The notes below the pieces were generated by a model, which saw only the letters and a list, made by a program, of their open reading frames with translations, made no database searches and had not been told where the DNA came from. A program made the position numbers and the translations under genes. Shown here in pieces: positions 63,709 to 64,000 of a DNA stretch of 64,000 bases (the first letter of the stretch is position 1; each line of letters starts with the position of its first letter). Origin of the DNA: an uncultured Acidobacteriota bacterium (lineage in GTDB: Bacteria; Acidobacteriota; Terriglobia; UBA7540); contig CAWDSK010000006.1 in NCBI GenBank assembly GCA_963804995.1, positions 256,001-320,000 of the forward strand, in the 5' to 3' direction.

Positions 63709-64000
63709 ATGACAGACAGCGAACTTGAGGAGCGTATGGACAGCGCTCTCCAGCAAATCAGGGAGGCGATCGAAGCGCGGGGGGCACTACTCGAACTCGA
63801 CAAGAAGCCCGATTTCCGCTGGGCCGGCATAGCTCGCACGCCGTCGGGCAAGTTGTTGATCCAGACTCAAAAGACGGGAAAGCAAGCTGGTCCGGACAGC
63901 AAGAAACCCGTCGCGGAAGCTGTGGCTGACCTGACCCTGGAGGGGCGGTTCCTTGCTCGTCTTCTCTTCTACCCGGCCAGTACCGAGGTAGAACTCCCGG
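63709..64000 (+). CDS. Hypothetical protein, 3' truncated by window
   Basis: GAGGAGG RBS; open frame MTDSELEERMDSALQQIRE... to the window end; TTGACA with a near-palindrome upstream at 63506-63535. Confidence 0.6.
   Translation, partial: MTDSELEERMDSALQQIREAIEARGALLELDKKPDFRWAGIARTPSGKLLIQTQKTGKQAGPDSKKPVAEAVADLTLEGRFLARLLFYPASTEVELP

Overview
This looks like a GC-rich bacterial chromosome segment. The Oar-like TonB-dependent receptors, CRTAC1/TPR proteins and Tat hydrolases suggest Acidobacteriota, which is an inference from gene content. Bases 1-7.7 kb are core-like and carry a TBDR, a zincin and a radical SAM gene, an unusual 7-copy non-coding repeat array, and an initiator tRNA-Met. Bases 7.7-52.7 kb form a mosaic island with a VapBC-type TA pair, a tyrosine integrase and a decayed BREX (brxB, brxC). 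The island also holds a triplicated TBDR/secreted-hydrolase module, GntR, an AbiE TA pair, many IS remnants, a head-to-tail tandem group II intron and a large-serine-recombinase element. Bases 52.8-64 kb are part of a type VI secretion-like locus (PP2C, two tssK, tssL, tssM) with an odd proline-rich 'half-kinase' membrane protein. Four findings stand out. (1) The recombinase element's DUF5372-like gene lacks an N-terminal start in the chromosome and gains RBS+ATG exactly in frame only across the predicted circle junction, while the empty target restores the host ORF. (2) The tandem intron's putative EBS1 matches the terminal repeat of a locally abundant IS family. (3) The T6SS-linked protein has a kinase N-lobe only and nine PG(E/Q)(F/Y)TxxF-type repeats. 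(4) The repeat array contains seven TCAT-N16-RCCGATAA (sigma28-like) motifs. All family calls come from motif recognition by eye; no searches were run.
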